A stretch of DNA of 64,000 nt from the human T2T-CHM13v2.0 reference genome, Homo sapiens. Where the stretch lies: NCBI RefSeq assembly GCF_009914755.1, contig NC_060926.1; one strand, 5' to 3'. Positions 1 to 19,388 of the stretch are shown here, piece after piece. A model generated the notes under the pieces. The model was not told the origin of the DNA. It saw only the letters and a program-made list of their open reading frames with translations, and did not search any database. The translations under genes were made by a program, and so were the position numbers. Numbering within the stretch: position 1 is the first letter of the stretch; the number at the start of each line of letters is the position of its first letter.

Positions 1-409
1 AGTCCAGATTGTGCCACTGCACTCCAGCCTGGGCAACAACAGCAAAAAAAACTCCATCTCAAAAAAAAAAAAAAAAAAGGTATAAATAATAAGTATAGCA
101 TTTTCCTTGCTGATGCACATTAACATTGACTTTTCATTAAAATTACTTTTAAAAAGTATACTTTTATGGCAAGGGTTAGGAAATTATAATAATCCTTACC
201 ACTCATGTAAAAAGAGCATACATAATTGTTTTAAATGACAATAAGCCTGATCAACTTGAACTAAGTATTTTTTAAAATTGCTTTTAAAAGATCAGTTTTT
301 AAAGAAAGAACACTGTAGCACAGAAACAACTTTTGTGAGAAACACTATCAAAATCATTAATAAAATCTGGTAAATTTTTTTTTTTTGAGATGGGTGTCTG
401 GCTCTGTAG

Positions 410-607
<198 letters not shown>

Positions 608-2624
608 TGATCCATCTACCTCAGCTTCCCAAAGTGCTAGGATTACAGGTGTGGGCTACCATGCCCAGCCGAATTTTGTTAAAATTTTAAATTTCCAAAT
701 AAAAGAATATTTTTTAAATAAATAGGATGTTCTCCAAATACTACATTAAAAAATAATTGTAAATATCATATTAATAATCGTGGTTTACAACCATAAAATC
801 TTTTAAATTTCAACAAGTTTTAGGAGAAATTTTTCTCACCATTTGATTATCATATTAAATTTTGTAATTACATATCATCCATGAGCTGCTGGTAGTAATT
901 TAAACTCCTAAGCATGGCCACATGTGCCAAGAAACCCCAAACAGAGGTCTGGAAAATGTCATTTCCATGTGGTGAGTGTGGGGAGCTGAGGACAAAGGAT
1001 TTAACTGTATCTTAAAGAGCACCAATTCAAATAGCTCTTTAATAAATCAATAGAGAAACAAATGCCATAAACAAATACCAGAAAAATAAAATATCAAATT
1101 GGTTCTCCAGAGGCAGATTAATATGAAAAAAATGAAAATATAATACTATATGATACCCTTAGAACAATACATGTAAAAGAGAATAGATACTTTTAAAAAT
1201 AAATTTTAAAAAGTAGTAAACAAGTTATGTAGGCCCAAGCTACTCATGATGCAAATATGAAAACCTTTACTACCACCCACAAAAACCAAATTAGTGGTAA
1301 TACTAAATAAACAAATTTATACACATAGCAACTGAAATATGAATTGTTTGTGCCCATTTGTAAAAGCATACCTATGCATAATTCTCCCATATTTTGTTAG
1401 TAGCAACACCATTAGTATGTTGCCTATACTATAACTTGCAATATGCTACTCAAAGTAAGTGTATGGGACATTGTTTTATAAAATAAAACCATGTCCATAA
1501 GATTCAAAAGCTTCATTTATAAAGTAAATAATAATTCTTATATCGCTAACAATTAGTTCACACTCATCTCCTTTCCAATTTTACTTCTTCTATTGAATAA
1601 AAAACACTACCAATTCTTTCTCCAGTAGAAAGTAGACTGAGATGAGGATAAAGAGACTAAAAAGGGTCTTTTGTCCTAGAGGCAAAAAGACAGACAGAAA
1701 GCTAGAAGGAGGAAGGAAGAGAAGAAAAGAGGGAAACAAGGATAGGAAAGGGGATGAAGAGAGGATGGGAAAGGTAAAGAGGAAGGGAAGAGAGGAAAGT
1801 TGATAATCTTTGCTTCAAACAATAGAACTAGCTTTTAAAATCATGTTGAAACACATGCCGCTCTAAGCAGTGATTTCAATAAGGACTAAAACATAAGGCA
1901 CATGAGTTTAAAATTTGAAAGACAGTTAACAAATTAAGCAATCTTTCACTTTTGATTATAAAAATAGCATTCTAAAAATAGTATGAACACATGTAGTCAG
2001 CTGACAAAACTGTTTCAAAATGTGGCAGAATATATCTAAGAAGAAAAAACTCAAAATTGTCACAGTGTAGGTAATGAGTATAGGTAGGTTATATGATTTA
2101 TAAATTTTATTTTAGAATAATTACAATTACAAAATGAAATGCTGAGTCTGTTAAGAGTTGAGAGTCAGTGCTGTGTTTCAGTCACAACGTCTCTTCAAAA
2201 GATCAAGAACAGCCATGGTAAAACTTTTAAGGACAAGGATGATGTGACACTTTAGGAAGAGACATGGTAAACATAATCAATAAGCACTGACTGACCAATA
2301 CTAATAGAAAATTTCCAGACAAACAGCTCTTATCACTGAAGAGGAAAGCCATAGATACTTATTAATGACCACAAAGGACTTTAAAAGCAGCATGTGCCTT
2401 TGCAAAGGTAGACCCTTAAGGCAGGAAAGTAGGACGCTTGGTTATGAAGCAGCAAGAAGGCATACTGAAGAACAGGGTATCACTGAAGAAACCGCCTTAC
2501 CTCCTCCTTTCATTTACAAAATACTTTCAGAAGCAGCCAAAATTATCAGCAAGAAACATCTCAGAAGGATAACTGATCTGAACACAGTTCAAAGGTCCCT
2601 GAGATCTATGAAATAGTGAAGCCT

Positions 2625-2666
2625 GTCTATGGCCATACCACCCTGAATGTGCCCAATCTCATCTGA
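2625..2666 (+). pseudogene. 3'-truncated 5S rRNA retropseudogene (about nt 1-42)
   Basis: GTCTATGGCCATACCACCCTGAATGTGCCCAATCTCATCTGA equals the 5S rRNA 5' end with CpG decay. Flanked by GAAATAGTGAAGCC and GAAATGGTGAAGCC. Confidence 0.9.
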
Positions 2667-3122
2667 AATGGTGAAGCCAGTAAGAAATTCCCTGACCTCT
2701 TATTTAAAGAAGACTCAGTCAAACCAGTATAGGTCATGGTCCCTGTGGCAAAAATAACACCCAAAAGGAATATTTACAAACAAAGCTTTTGTATTCAATT
2801 TTGAGTTTTCTTAAAAAATACTGGGGCCAGGTGTAGTGGCCCATGCCTGTAATCCCAGCACTTTGGGAGGCCAAGGCGGGAGGATCACTTGAGCCCAGGA
2901 GTTCAAGACCAGGCTGGGCAACACAGTGAGACCCTGTGTAGAGACCCTGTCTCTACAAATAAAAAATTTTAAAAATTAGCCAGGCATGGTGGCACACGCC
3001 TGTGGTCCCACCTTCTCAGGAGGCTGAGGCGGGAAGACTGCTTGAGCCCAGGAGGTCAAGGCTGTGGTGATGCAAGATCTTGCCACTGCACTCCAGCCTA
3101 GGCAACAGAGCAACCCTGAAAA

Positions 3123-3170
3123 AGGAAGGAAGGAAGGAAGGAAGGGAGAGAGGAAGGGAGGGAGGGAGGA
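3123..3170. repeat. (GGAA/GGGA)n Alu-tail microsatellite
   Basis: Read directly. Confidence 0.9.
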
Positions 3171-3753
3171 AAACCTAACAAATATTGGTAAAAGCATACT
3201 TGCACAATGCACTATTCTATTTCGTGATAAAATTTGCTATTTTTATGGTTGAAATGAGTTTCCTTGTTTTAACACATGAAACTTTCAAGAAATAAATGAC
3301 TTCTAACCACCTTACTTGTGCAAAACTGTCCAAAAACCAATTAGGACCTAAGTTGAAGATCATGTTTTACCTCTTCCACTTACACCATTTCACATTTGCC
3401 ATCTGCACTCATTTTCAAAAAATTCTATGGTAAGGGACAAAGACTGTTGACCTAAGTAAAGGCTGAGGGTTAATCATAGATTAAATGAATTTAACAAGAC
3501 ATAATGAAATAATGTAGACATGCCTAAGACTGAGAGAGAAAACTGCAGAAGTCTTTAAAGACTTAATTTATAAAAAAGAAAAAGGAAATTAATACAGGCA
3601 TAGAGAATGGTGCTCTTCAAGAAATGAGTACACAGGCTGGGGGTGGTGGCTCACGCCTGTAATCCCAGCACTTTGGGAGGCTGAGGCAGGGGGATCACGA
3701 GGTCAGGAGATAGAGACCATCTTGGCTAACATGGTGAAACACCGTCTCTACTA

Positions 3754-4265
<512 letters not shown>

Positions 4266-4641
4266 CTAAAACTGAGAAAATTTAAAGCTAGACCACAACT
4301 GGACAGAAATGATACCTGTCAGTCTAGTATGAAATCACTATTAACCAAAAAAGGGCAGATGATATTTTATTATATAAACTCAGAATAAAATATAAAACCA
4401 AAAATTAGCTATCAAAGAGGCAGGATGTAGGTGCAAGAAGTCAATGATCTGCAAGAGAGATGCAGCCTCAGATACAGTTTATAGAGGGCAATGAATTGTT
4501 TCAGGAGTCAAATTACACAGAAATAGGCACATTAAAATATCTGCTTGTTTCTTTCAAACAACTCAATATTTTTCAATCATGATCACCCCCCTAAAAAACC
4601 CCAAGTACTCCCAAATAAGTGCTTTAAATGGAAATACTTAC

Positions 4642-4758
4642 TTAGGAAACCAATTTAATCCTAGGTGCTCTGTCTTGGAATATAATATTCTTTCTACCAT
4701 GTCATAAAGTGGTCTCCAGGGTAACTCCAAATCAGCTCTTGAAAGAAGTTCCTTTTTC
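4642..4758 (-). CDS. PSME4: PSME4 coding exon 3, 117 nt
   Basis: Acceptor ttttactttttAG (AG at 4760-4759) and donor GTAAGT (4641-4636). Reads [38 protein letters not shown], matching the tail of ORF 4638..4847. The next exon was not found in the window. Confidence 0.96.
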
Positions 4759-5363
4759 CTAAAAAGTAAAATAAAATAAATACCTATGTATGCATATGTG
4801 CACAGATGTGTGTATACCACAAATACTACACAGGGACAGTTAAACATTGCTGCTCATCACCATGGGTTTTGCTTTCCCCATCCATGGCCACTCACTAGCA
4901 GAACATAGTATTAAGAAGAATAATGCACCCAATTCTTGCTGCTGCTCAAACCTCAAAGAGCAGCAGATAAAAGAGGGCATTTAAATTTCTGTCGCCATTA
5001 TTGTGGATGAATTTCATGTTTTCCCACACTATGGAATATTTAATGTTTCCAGCATTGAGTTGGATGCTTCAGGGTAAGCAAAAGAATCCATGATCTTTGT
5101 CTTGTCTTCTCAAGGGACTTAACAACCTATAAAAGGGGAAGTTCAATGGGTGCTAGAGAAGAGACCATGTCATGGAAGAGATGGAATTTTAACTAAAAGG
5201 TTAACTGACACATTTGATGAAAATTAAGATAATGTTTTTTGCAATCATTTTCCAAATTGGCAATTTGAGACTTGGTCTTCTTACCAAAAACACTTAGTCC
5301 TCATTCCCTAAAACCCTGAAGAAACAAACAAACCTTAACAGAAACCTCTGGAAAAAGACTTAC

Positions 5364-5504
5364 TTTAACAAGTTGATCAAAAGGCGGGCAAATCCCTGCA
5401 TCATGCTGATTTCCAGTTTTGGAATTGATACCAGCTCATACAATAACTTAATAAAAAGAACATGATCTTCTTTGCTAAATTTTCTCCCATAAAGTCGAAT
5501 ATAT
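5364..5504 (-). CDS. PSME4: PSME4 coding exon 2, 141 nt (not in the ORF track)
   Basis: Acceptor tttttctcttgcAG (AG at 5506-5505) and donor GTAAGT (5363-5358). Phase-2 continuation reads [46 protein letters not shown](K), in frame with exon 1. Confidence 0.96.
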
Positions 5505-5544
5505 CTGCAAGAGAAAAATAGATATACCCTTTAAAAATAGGTAT

Positions 5545-6346
<802 letters not shown>

Positions 6347-6752
6347 TTAGCCAGGCATGATGGCGTGCGCCTGTGGTCCCAGTTACTCGGGTCGGGGGCT
6401 GAGGTGGGAGGATCACTGGAGCCCAGGAAGTCAAGGGGGCAGTGAGCTGGGATGGCGCCACTATGCTCCATCTAGCCTAGGCGACAGAGTGAGATCTTGT
6501 CTTCCAAAAAAAAAAAAAAGGAGATTGCCAAATAAGTATCTTATGGTAACTGAGTTATCATCAATATCTAATGACCAATTAAAACACTGCTCTCTTATTG
6601 TAAACAAGTTACATAACTTGTACTATTTGTTTCTAACAGTTAACTTATAATTACAATACAATTAGGTTATACCAAAAATAATTTAATATTTTATCCAAAA
6701 TTACATTTTTAATTTCTAACTATAAACAATGTAATCAAAAGCATTAACTTTA

Positions 6753-7127
<375 letters not shown>

Positions 7128-7280
7128 TTAAGAATTCAGAAGTAACTGATCCAAATAAATTACTGTAGACTTAAAATCATAAAACCCCTGGAGGAGGGTC
7201 ATTTTATTAAATATGGAAGTCAACGGGAAAAAGAGCATTAGTATTCCTCGTAAGATCTTTAACACTCCCCCAGTACCTGA

Positions 7281-7708
<428 letters not shown>

Positions 7709-7835
7709 TGAATTTATTCAGCTCTTTTCTGTCATTTCAAGGTATAATCCCATGATCTCACATTAGTACTATGAGACCAGCAAATATAGAGGGAGGAGCA
7801 ATGAGACGTGAGATCTTGTTTTGGTTCTGCCAGTA

Positions 7836-8059
7836 CAGGTTGAATACCTTTAATCCGAAAATCCGAAACCCTCCAAAATCCAAAACTTTTTGAGCAACAA
7901 CATGACACTCAAAGGAAATGCTCATGGAGTTTTCCAATTTCTAATTTTTGGATTTGAGATGCTCAATCGGTAAGAACATAATGCAGATATTACAAAACCT
8001 CAAAAAATCCAAAATCCTAAACATTTCTGGTCCCAGAATTTCAAATAAGGGATACTCAA
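7836..8059. mobile_element. Tigger4a/MER46A MITE
   Basis: TA|CAGGTTGAATACCTTTAATCCGAAAATCCGAAA ... TAAGGGATACTCAA degenerate terminal inverted repeats. Confidence 0.85.
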
Positions 8060-8241
8060 AATAATTATTATGAAAGTTTCTTAAACACCCTAAAATGGTA
8101 ACGCACGTAGATTAGTGAAGACAAAAGATCCTACACCCAAATATATTATTATTTTGGGCTGTTGAATAAGCATAATGATAGAGCCTTCTGATGCCTCCCT
8201 CAATTTCACTCTAAATTTAGGAGCAAAAGCTAGAATCATTA

Positions 8242-8541
<300 letters not shown>

Positions 8542-8870
8542 TCACGAGGTCAAGAGATGGAGACCATCCTGGCCAACATGATGAAACCCCTGTCTCTACT
8601 AAAAATACAAAAATTAGCTGGGCATGGTGGTGCGCGCCTCTAATCCCAGCTACTCGGGAGGCTGAGGCAGGAGAATTGTTTGAACCTGGGAGGCGGAGGT
8701 TGCAGCTGAGCCGAGATGGTGCTAGAGTTCTCCAGCCTGGGCAACAGAGAGAGACTCAGTCTCAAACAAACAAACAGAAAGATTCCAGATGCCCCTGGAG
8801 TCATGCATTCATTCTCCCCTGTGGTTAGGATACTTCTGCAGAAAAACTAGAGAAACACTGTACTCTAAGC

Positions 8871-9124
8871 CAGCAGTCCCCAACCTTTTTGGTACCAGGG
8901 AGAATCTCATAAGGAGTACACAACCTAGATCCCTTGCACGGGCAGTTCACAATAGGATATGAGCTCCTATGAGAATCTAACATCATGGCTAATCTGACAG
9001 GAGGTGGACCTCAGGCGGTAATGCCCAATCGCCTGTCCACTGCTCACCTCCTGCTGTGCAGCCCGGTTCCTAACAGGCCACAGACCCATACCAGTCCCTG
9101 AGCTGGGGGTTGGGGGACCCCCTG
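8871..9124. mobile_element. MER1B (hAT-Charlie), internally deleted
   Basis: TIRs cagcagtccccaac and gttgggggacccctg. 8-bp TSD CTCTAAGC/CTCCAAGC (8863-8870, 9125-9132). Confidence 0.85.
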
Positions 9125-10330
9125 CTCCAAGCCACTGAAGTAACTTAGCTACAGCCCATTGTTTTCATTGCAGTAGACAGACAACTGTATATTTAACATT
9201 AGTTAGGGACATAAAATTAACAAAGCTCAAATTTTAATACTATAAAAAGAGACCAACAGGGGGATTCCTGGAAAGCCTAGGGCTGCTGACAAATCTAAAG
9301 ATTCTGGAGGGACTCCTCAGAAAGCTTCTATTTCCCCCAGTTCCTCGCCAACCAGCAAGTGGTTCTTATCTCAGCATTTATCAAAATATGGTGCAAGAGA
9401 TTTGTTTTAAAAGGGCACAAAAGTTCTAACTATAAAAAGAAAATTAATAAATTGGTCTTTATCATAAATAACTTCTAGTCACTATAAGACACCATTAAAA
9501 GTAAAAAGCCCAGAAATACATATATTTGACAAAGAACTCATATCCAAATTACTAGTAAGAAAAAGACATAATCCAATTAAAAATGGGCAAAAAGGCTGGG
9601 CGTAGTATACCTGTAATCCCAGCACTTTGGGAGGCGAAGGCAGGAGGATCAATTGAGATCAGGAGTTCAAGACCAACCTGAGCAACATGGTGAAACCCCA
9701 TGTCTATTAAAAAAAAAAAAAAAAAAGAAAAAGAAGAACTATGCAGGGTAACTTTTAAAATGCATTATTCTTGGGATCCAAAAATCCTAGGAATATTAAA
9801 TCTCAGTAAAGCTGTTTGTCTTTTTTTTTTTTTTAAGGTGAATGAAAAATAAATTCCTGGAGTGCTAGAGTGCAGACTACCAATCTTCATTTTTTAGACT
9901 ACTCTGGTTTGACTTTCCTGTAAGCTTAAGTTCAAAAACCCTACTTTAGACTGTATCTACAGATGGTGCATTCCCTCTTTCCAGTTAATTTTCACATTAG
10001 GTTTTAGGACTAATGATTACTATTAGGTGTCCCAAAATAACTGAAAACCCTGGTAAACAGTCACGATTGAACGTGATTGATATAGAATATTTCTTTCAAC
10101 CATCCAGAATATATGGATAACAAGTCATTTTGTTCCATCCTCCCACAGGGGAAGAACAAAAAAGAGTAAAAGATAATACAATAGCATTTCCAGCCGCTTC
10201 CTCCTCACAGCCCTACAGTGTATTAATCAAATGATTTAATTTTTAATCATAAGAAAGACAGTGGGCTGGCCGGGCGCGGTGGCTCACGCCTGTAATCCCA
10301 GCACTTGGGGAGGCCGAGGCAGGCAGATCA

Positions 10331-10579
<249 letters not shown>

Positions 10580-10849
10580 CTAGGCGCCATGGCTCATGCC
10601 TGAAATCCCAGTATTTTGGAAGGCAGAAGCAGGAGAATCACTTGAATCCAGGAGTTCAAGACCAGCCTGGGCAACAGAGTGAGACCCTCATCTCTATTAT
10701 ACATATTTAAAAATGTAATAATAACAAATTAATAAAAATCCTTCATCTAGCAATACTATCTTGAGTAAATAATTCAGGTCAGGTGTAGTGAGTCACACTT
10801 GTAGTCCCAGCACTTTGGGAGGCCGAGGCAGGCAGATCACTTGAGGTCA

Positions 10850-11095
<246 letters not shown>

Positions 11096-11204
11096 TCAAA
11101 GTCAAAATGCCAAAATGAGCGAGACACTGTGGCTCACGTCTATAATCCTAGCACTCTGGGAAGTTGAGGAGGAAAGATCACTTGAGGACAGGAATTCAAG
11201 ACTA

Positions 11205-11408
<204 letters not shown>

Positions 11409-11512
11409 TTAAAAGGCCAAATGCACATATGTAATTTCCAAAATTTCCTGAAAAAAAATCTATAAGTCTAGTATGAGAATGGCTTGTTAAAGTGTGGCTT
11501 ATTCCTTTAGAC

Positions 11513-11706
11513 TAAGCTTGTCCAACCGATGGCCCAGGATTGTTTTGAATGTGGCCCAACACAAATGCATAACTTTCTTAAAACATTTAGGTTTTCTGCA
11601 ATTTTTTAAAGCTCATCAGCTATCATTAGCGTTAGTATATTTTATGTGTGGCCCAAGACAATTCTTCCAATGTGGGCCAGGGAGGCTAAAAGATTAGACA
11701 CCCATG
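11513..11706. mobile_element. MER30 (hAT-Charlie)
   Basis: aagctcatcagctatcattagcgttagtatattttatgtgtggcccaagacaattcttccaatgtgg. Perfect TSD CTTTAGAC (11505-11512, 11707-11714). Confidence 0.9.
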
Positions 11707-12562
11707 CTTTAGACTATAATGCAGTCACTTAAAATTGTGTTTTCAAATAACCTTTAGTAGAATATGGAACGGAATATAATATTTATAAAGCAAGGCTGAA
11801 AACAAATATATATAACTAAATAAAAATACATAATCATTCAAGGAAAAAGAAACAAAACAGGCCCAGCACAGTGGCTCATGTCTGCAATCCAAGCACTTTC
11901 GGAGGCCACGGCAAGCAGACTGCTCGAGTCCAGGAGTTTGAGACCAGCCTGGGCAACACTGCGAGACCTCGTGCCTACAACATATACAAAAATTAGCCGG
12001 GCGTGATAGCGCATGTCTGTAGTCCCAGTAACTCAGGAGGCTGAGGTGGGAAGATTGGTGGGGCCTGGGAAGCGAAGGTTGCAACGTGCCAAGATCGTGC
12101 CACTGCACTCCAACCTAGGCAACAGTGAGACCTTAGTCCCCAAAAAAACCAAAACAAAACAAAAAAAGAAAAAAGTAGATACCATAAAATAGTCTCTCTG
12201 GGAGCCAGGTACAGTGGCTCACGCCTATAATCCCAGCACTTTGAGAGACTGAGACAGGCAGATGGTTTAAGCCCAGGAGATCGCTTGAGCCCAGGAGCTT
12301 GAGACCAGCCTGGGCAACATAGCAAAACCACATCTCTACAAAAAATTTAAAAATTAAAAACAAAACAAAACAAAACAAAAAACCTACCTCTGGGTGGTAA
12401 AACTGAGAAACTTTTTTGTGTTTTTCAAAACACATTTTCAGTTTTTTCACTTTCTAAAAGTAAATAGGCTGGGCCTGGTGGCTCAGGACTATAATCCCAG
12501 CACTTTAGGAGGCCAAAGCAGGAGGATCACCTGAGGTCAGGAGTTTGAGACCAGCCTCGTCA

Positions 12563-13018
<456 letters not shown>

Positions 13019-13384
13019 TAAAATACAATGTTTAAAATCAGATAATCAATATTTCTGCATTTCTGTGTATTATCTTAATTTAAATGTCCCTTATCAAAGG
13101 CTACTTAAATAACGTCTTAAGAGTCAACTTGAATAGGTTTCTCACCAATCAAAAATGAAAAGGGTGTGAATCAAGGTAATTGCAACTGATATGTTTAAAA
13201 CCATTGAGTTCATGAAAAATATCAAAACAAAACAAAACCTCACAGGCCACATCTTTCAGGAATGCCAGAGAACCAAGTCATTAACTTAAAAACTGGTAAA
13301 TGAAGGGGAACAATTAAGCTTTACCCTGCCACTCCTACAGGCACTCAGGATAAACAACATTTCATGAGGAAAAGTTCTTTAGAG

Positions 13385-13885
13385 CAGTGGTCCCCCAAAC
13401 TTTTTGGCACTTAATTTTAACACACAGAAAGGACCGGTTTTGTGGAAAACAATTTTTCCACAGATGGCGGGGGTAGTTTTGGGATGATTTGAGGACATTA
13501 TATTTATTGTGCACTTTATTTCTATTATTATTAAATTGTAATATATAATGAAACAATTACATAACTCATCATAATGTAGAATCAGTGGGAGTCCTGAGCT
13601 TATTTTCCTGCAACTTAGATGGTCCCACTGGGGGGTGATGGGAGACAGTGACAGATCATCAGGCACAAGATTCTCACAAAGAGCACACAACCTAGATCCC
13701 TCTCATGTGCAGTTCACAACAGGGATTGTGCTCCTAAGACAATCTAATGCCACCACTGATCTGAGAGGAGGCAGAGCTCAGGCAGTAATGTGAGCAATGG
13801 GGAGGGGCTATAAATTCGGCTCAGTACAGTTACTTACAGGCCACAGCAGATTAACAGTACGTGGCCTGGGAGATGGAGACCCCTA
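13385..13885. mobile_element. MER1A (hAT-Charlie)
   Basis: TIR cagtggtccccc...gagacccct. Perfect TSD CTTTAGAG (13377-13384, 13886-13893). Confidence 0.88.
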
Positions 13886-14295
13886 CTTTAGAGATTCCCA
13901 CCAAATAAGCAGAGTAAAATGTTTAAGTATCACCATTTTGGAATCCCTAGCGATGTAAAATGGCTACTAATATCATCAAGAAGTAAGACATTATGCATCT
14001 CCTGATGACAGTATATAGTACCACTTATTGCACAGTCTTCAGAAAGCAAAACTTTATGTGCTTAATAATGGTAACAAAATATTGTGTGAGACAAATACGA
14101 ACACTTTGAGCTTACAAAAACTATGTTCACTTTTCAATCTCCTGTGGAACACACATAAAAACTTGTTGGCCAGGAGCAGTGGCTCACTTGAGGTCAGGAG
14201 TTCGAGACCAGCCTGACCAACACGGAGAAACCCTGTCTCTACTAAAAATACAAAAATTAGCTGGGCATGGTGGCACACGCCTGTAGTCCCAGCTA

Positions 14296-14601
<306 letters not shown>

Positions 14602-15422
14602 TCATAAACTAAGCCACAAAAAAAACCTCACTTATTTTTAACACATAGACATCATTCTGTCCAATCTGATTATGATACAGTGTAAATCAGAAAATACTAA
14701 TGGGATTATAACCAAGAGAAACCAAATCCATTTGAAAACACACACGAGTCTTAATTAAACAGTCAATATCAGACTTTAAGGCATTCCTCTCCCAAGAGGC
14801 GCTTCCTTTAAAGTCAGATTCAGGACAATAATGACTATTCTTACCATTATGATTCAGCATTATTCTGAATCTAGATCAAAAGAATAGGTAACAAAAATTA
14901 GGGTAATTATTTCAGGTAAGGTGGAACTAAAAGTATGGTGTCAATGCTATGATTATACCTAAAACATCTGAAACAACTTAAAAAAAAAACACTTTTAGAC
15001 TAAACTTTAAAATCTACTGAATACATATTTAAAAAAAAAAAAAAAGTCAGGAGCCTTCCTGTATAGCATCCAGATAAAAAGTAACAGTGTTGACGGAAGA
15101 TTGTTCCATTCAAATTACCAACAAAAAGATTAATTGAAAATTTCTCAAAGAGAAATATGCAGGAATTACATGTTAAAACTTTACTAAAATGTAAAATATT
15201 TAAACAAATGGCGAGAAATAAGGACTTTTTAAAATGCCACTTAAGAGCTGGGCGTGGTGGCTCACACCTTATAATCCTAGCACTTTGGGAAGCCAGGGCA
15301 GGTGGACTGCTTGAGCCCAGGAGTTTGAAGCTAGCCTGGGCAACATGGCAAAACCCTATCTTGACTAAAAATACAAAAATTATTTTGTATTTTTTACTGA
15401 TTATTGTATTTTTTATTTATTA

Positions 15423-15549
<127 letters not shown>

Positions 15550-16402
15550 CTAAGAGACAGAGCGAGACTCTGTCTCAAAAAAAAGAGGGGGGAAAAAAAG
15601 CTGCTTAATCTCTGACAGCTAGGGCTAAATGACAAATATTTTACAGCAAGGAAAACTACCATGACCCATGAGATCTCTGAACGACCCCCTCAATTAATTT
15701 CAGGCAGTAACTTCAACTCCTGCCCACCCAAAATAAACACTTCACCATAGCTATATCAGTTCCAGTCTTTTCCTTCTCTTTCCAAGGTTTCACCATATAG
15801 AAATAACAAAAAAGAGAGGTAAAAGTAGCAGAGAAAACTAAGGGATCAGGAACAAATTACTGTGATTTTATTCCAAGACTAAGTCCTTCATCATTACATA
15901 TAATATTAAAAATGTAGATAAAGCTTCTCACTGCCAGAAACACTGAGTGAACAAATAAGAGGAAAGGTTTTTTCATAAACTCACCTCCCCTATTTTCAAT
16001 TACCTGTATATTCAAAAAGCATTTCTAGAGCAAACAACACATACAAGACAATAATGACTCAAACAGTTCCTTTGGGCCAACAACTCGCAATCAAATAAGA
16101 CAGTCAGATATGACATTCCAAGTACCTGGAAGACGAAACATGTAAAAGTGAAATAAAATAAAGCATTAACAGATTTTTGTGGATTGATTTTTTTAGCCCA
16201 ATTTTCATCATATATTAAGTGGTCATTGACTTTGAAAGTTTAGAAAGCTGTCATCACTTAAGTTATACCCTGAAGAGGCAACCTGAGGTCAAAATAATCT
16301 GACCATCTGCAGAATTAAGAGTCATAGGAGGCCAGGCATGGTGGCTCACGCCCGTAATCTCAGCACTTTGGGAGGCTGAGGCAGGTGGATCACTTGAAGT
16401 CA

Positions 16403-16648
<246 letters not shown>

Positions 16649-16868
16649 CTAGAGGAGCAGATTAAGAATGCATATTTCGGTGGCAAGGAGAAATAACAGA
16701 ATAAAATGTTGTAAGTTTCTATTCTAGTTTGCTTTGCAACTAACATAATCAACTCTGGATATAACATTTATTGATTTCAACCAGTAGCCAAGTAAGCAGG
16801 AACAGCATGGTTCTACAACTCTGTTAAGAACTCAAACTGCTCTGTCAGTCCCTTGGGGAAGTCATTTA

Positions 16869-17395
<527 letters not shown>

Positions 17396-17550
17396 TTATA
17401 GTATGTGCTGCTTTTAACATTCCAATAGAGGTCTCAATGAATGTAGAGGTTTTCTGTTGCTGTTGTTGTTTGCTTACCGTTTTTACTACCATGCTCTCAG
17501 TTTGGTGTTCATATAGAATGAGATTTTGATCTAATTTTCTACAAAGGTTA

Positions 17551-18492
<942 letters not shown>

Positions 18493-19061
18493 GGGGCGAA
18501 AGGGATTCTCTAAAAATAAGTCTCATTTAGCAGAAAAAAGTTAATTCCCAGGTTCCATAAGAAAAACAGTTCTTAGAAGTTATATAGTTATATGCTTATT
18601 TACAAGCTTGCCAAAAAAAAAAAAACAGTAAAAATTTGCCTCCACTTCAATTAACAACAGGTATTTCAAATACAATTTTATTTTACAACACTGCAGAAAG
18701 AACACTTGGGAAAACCATTCTTAAGTGACATTCAGATCTCAGAACATCAAACGGTACATTTCTTTTTTCTAACTGCCTTTCTTAGTGCCTCAAAGTAAGG
18801 CATTAAAACACAGTGGTCAGAATGAGATTTTCTTTTCAAATAATACATTCAGAATTCCTATTTTCTTCAATGTTTTTGATGAAGTTACCACCTGGCCTAG
18901 TCTGTCCTAAATGAACAAAAATGTGCACTGAATAAAGCACACAGCTGGGCACGGTGGCTCACGCCTGTAATCCCAGCACTTTGGGAGGCTGAGGCAGGCG
19001 GATCATGAGGTCTGGAGATCGAGACCATCCTGGCCAATAAGGTGAAACCCCATCTCTATTA

Positions 19062-19388
<327 letters not shown>

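Noticed and set aside
2365-2616. 83-aa ATG-initiated ORF antisense to PSME4 intron 3
   Set aside because: No recognisable homology, promoter or splice context. Length is compatible with chance.
2625-2666. Functional 5S rRNA gene
   Set aside because: Only about 42 of about 120 nt are present, the internal Pol III control region is missing, and CpGs are decayed.
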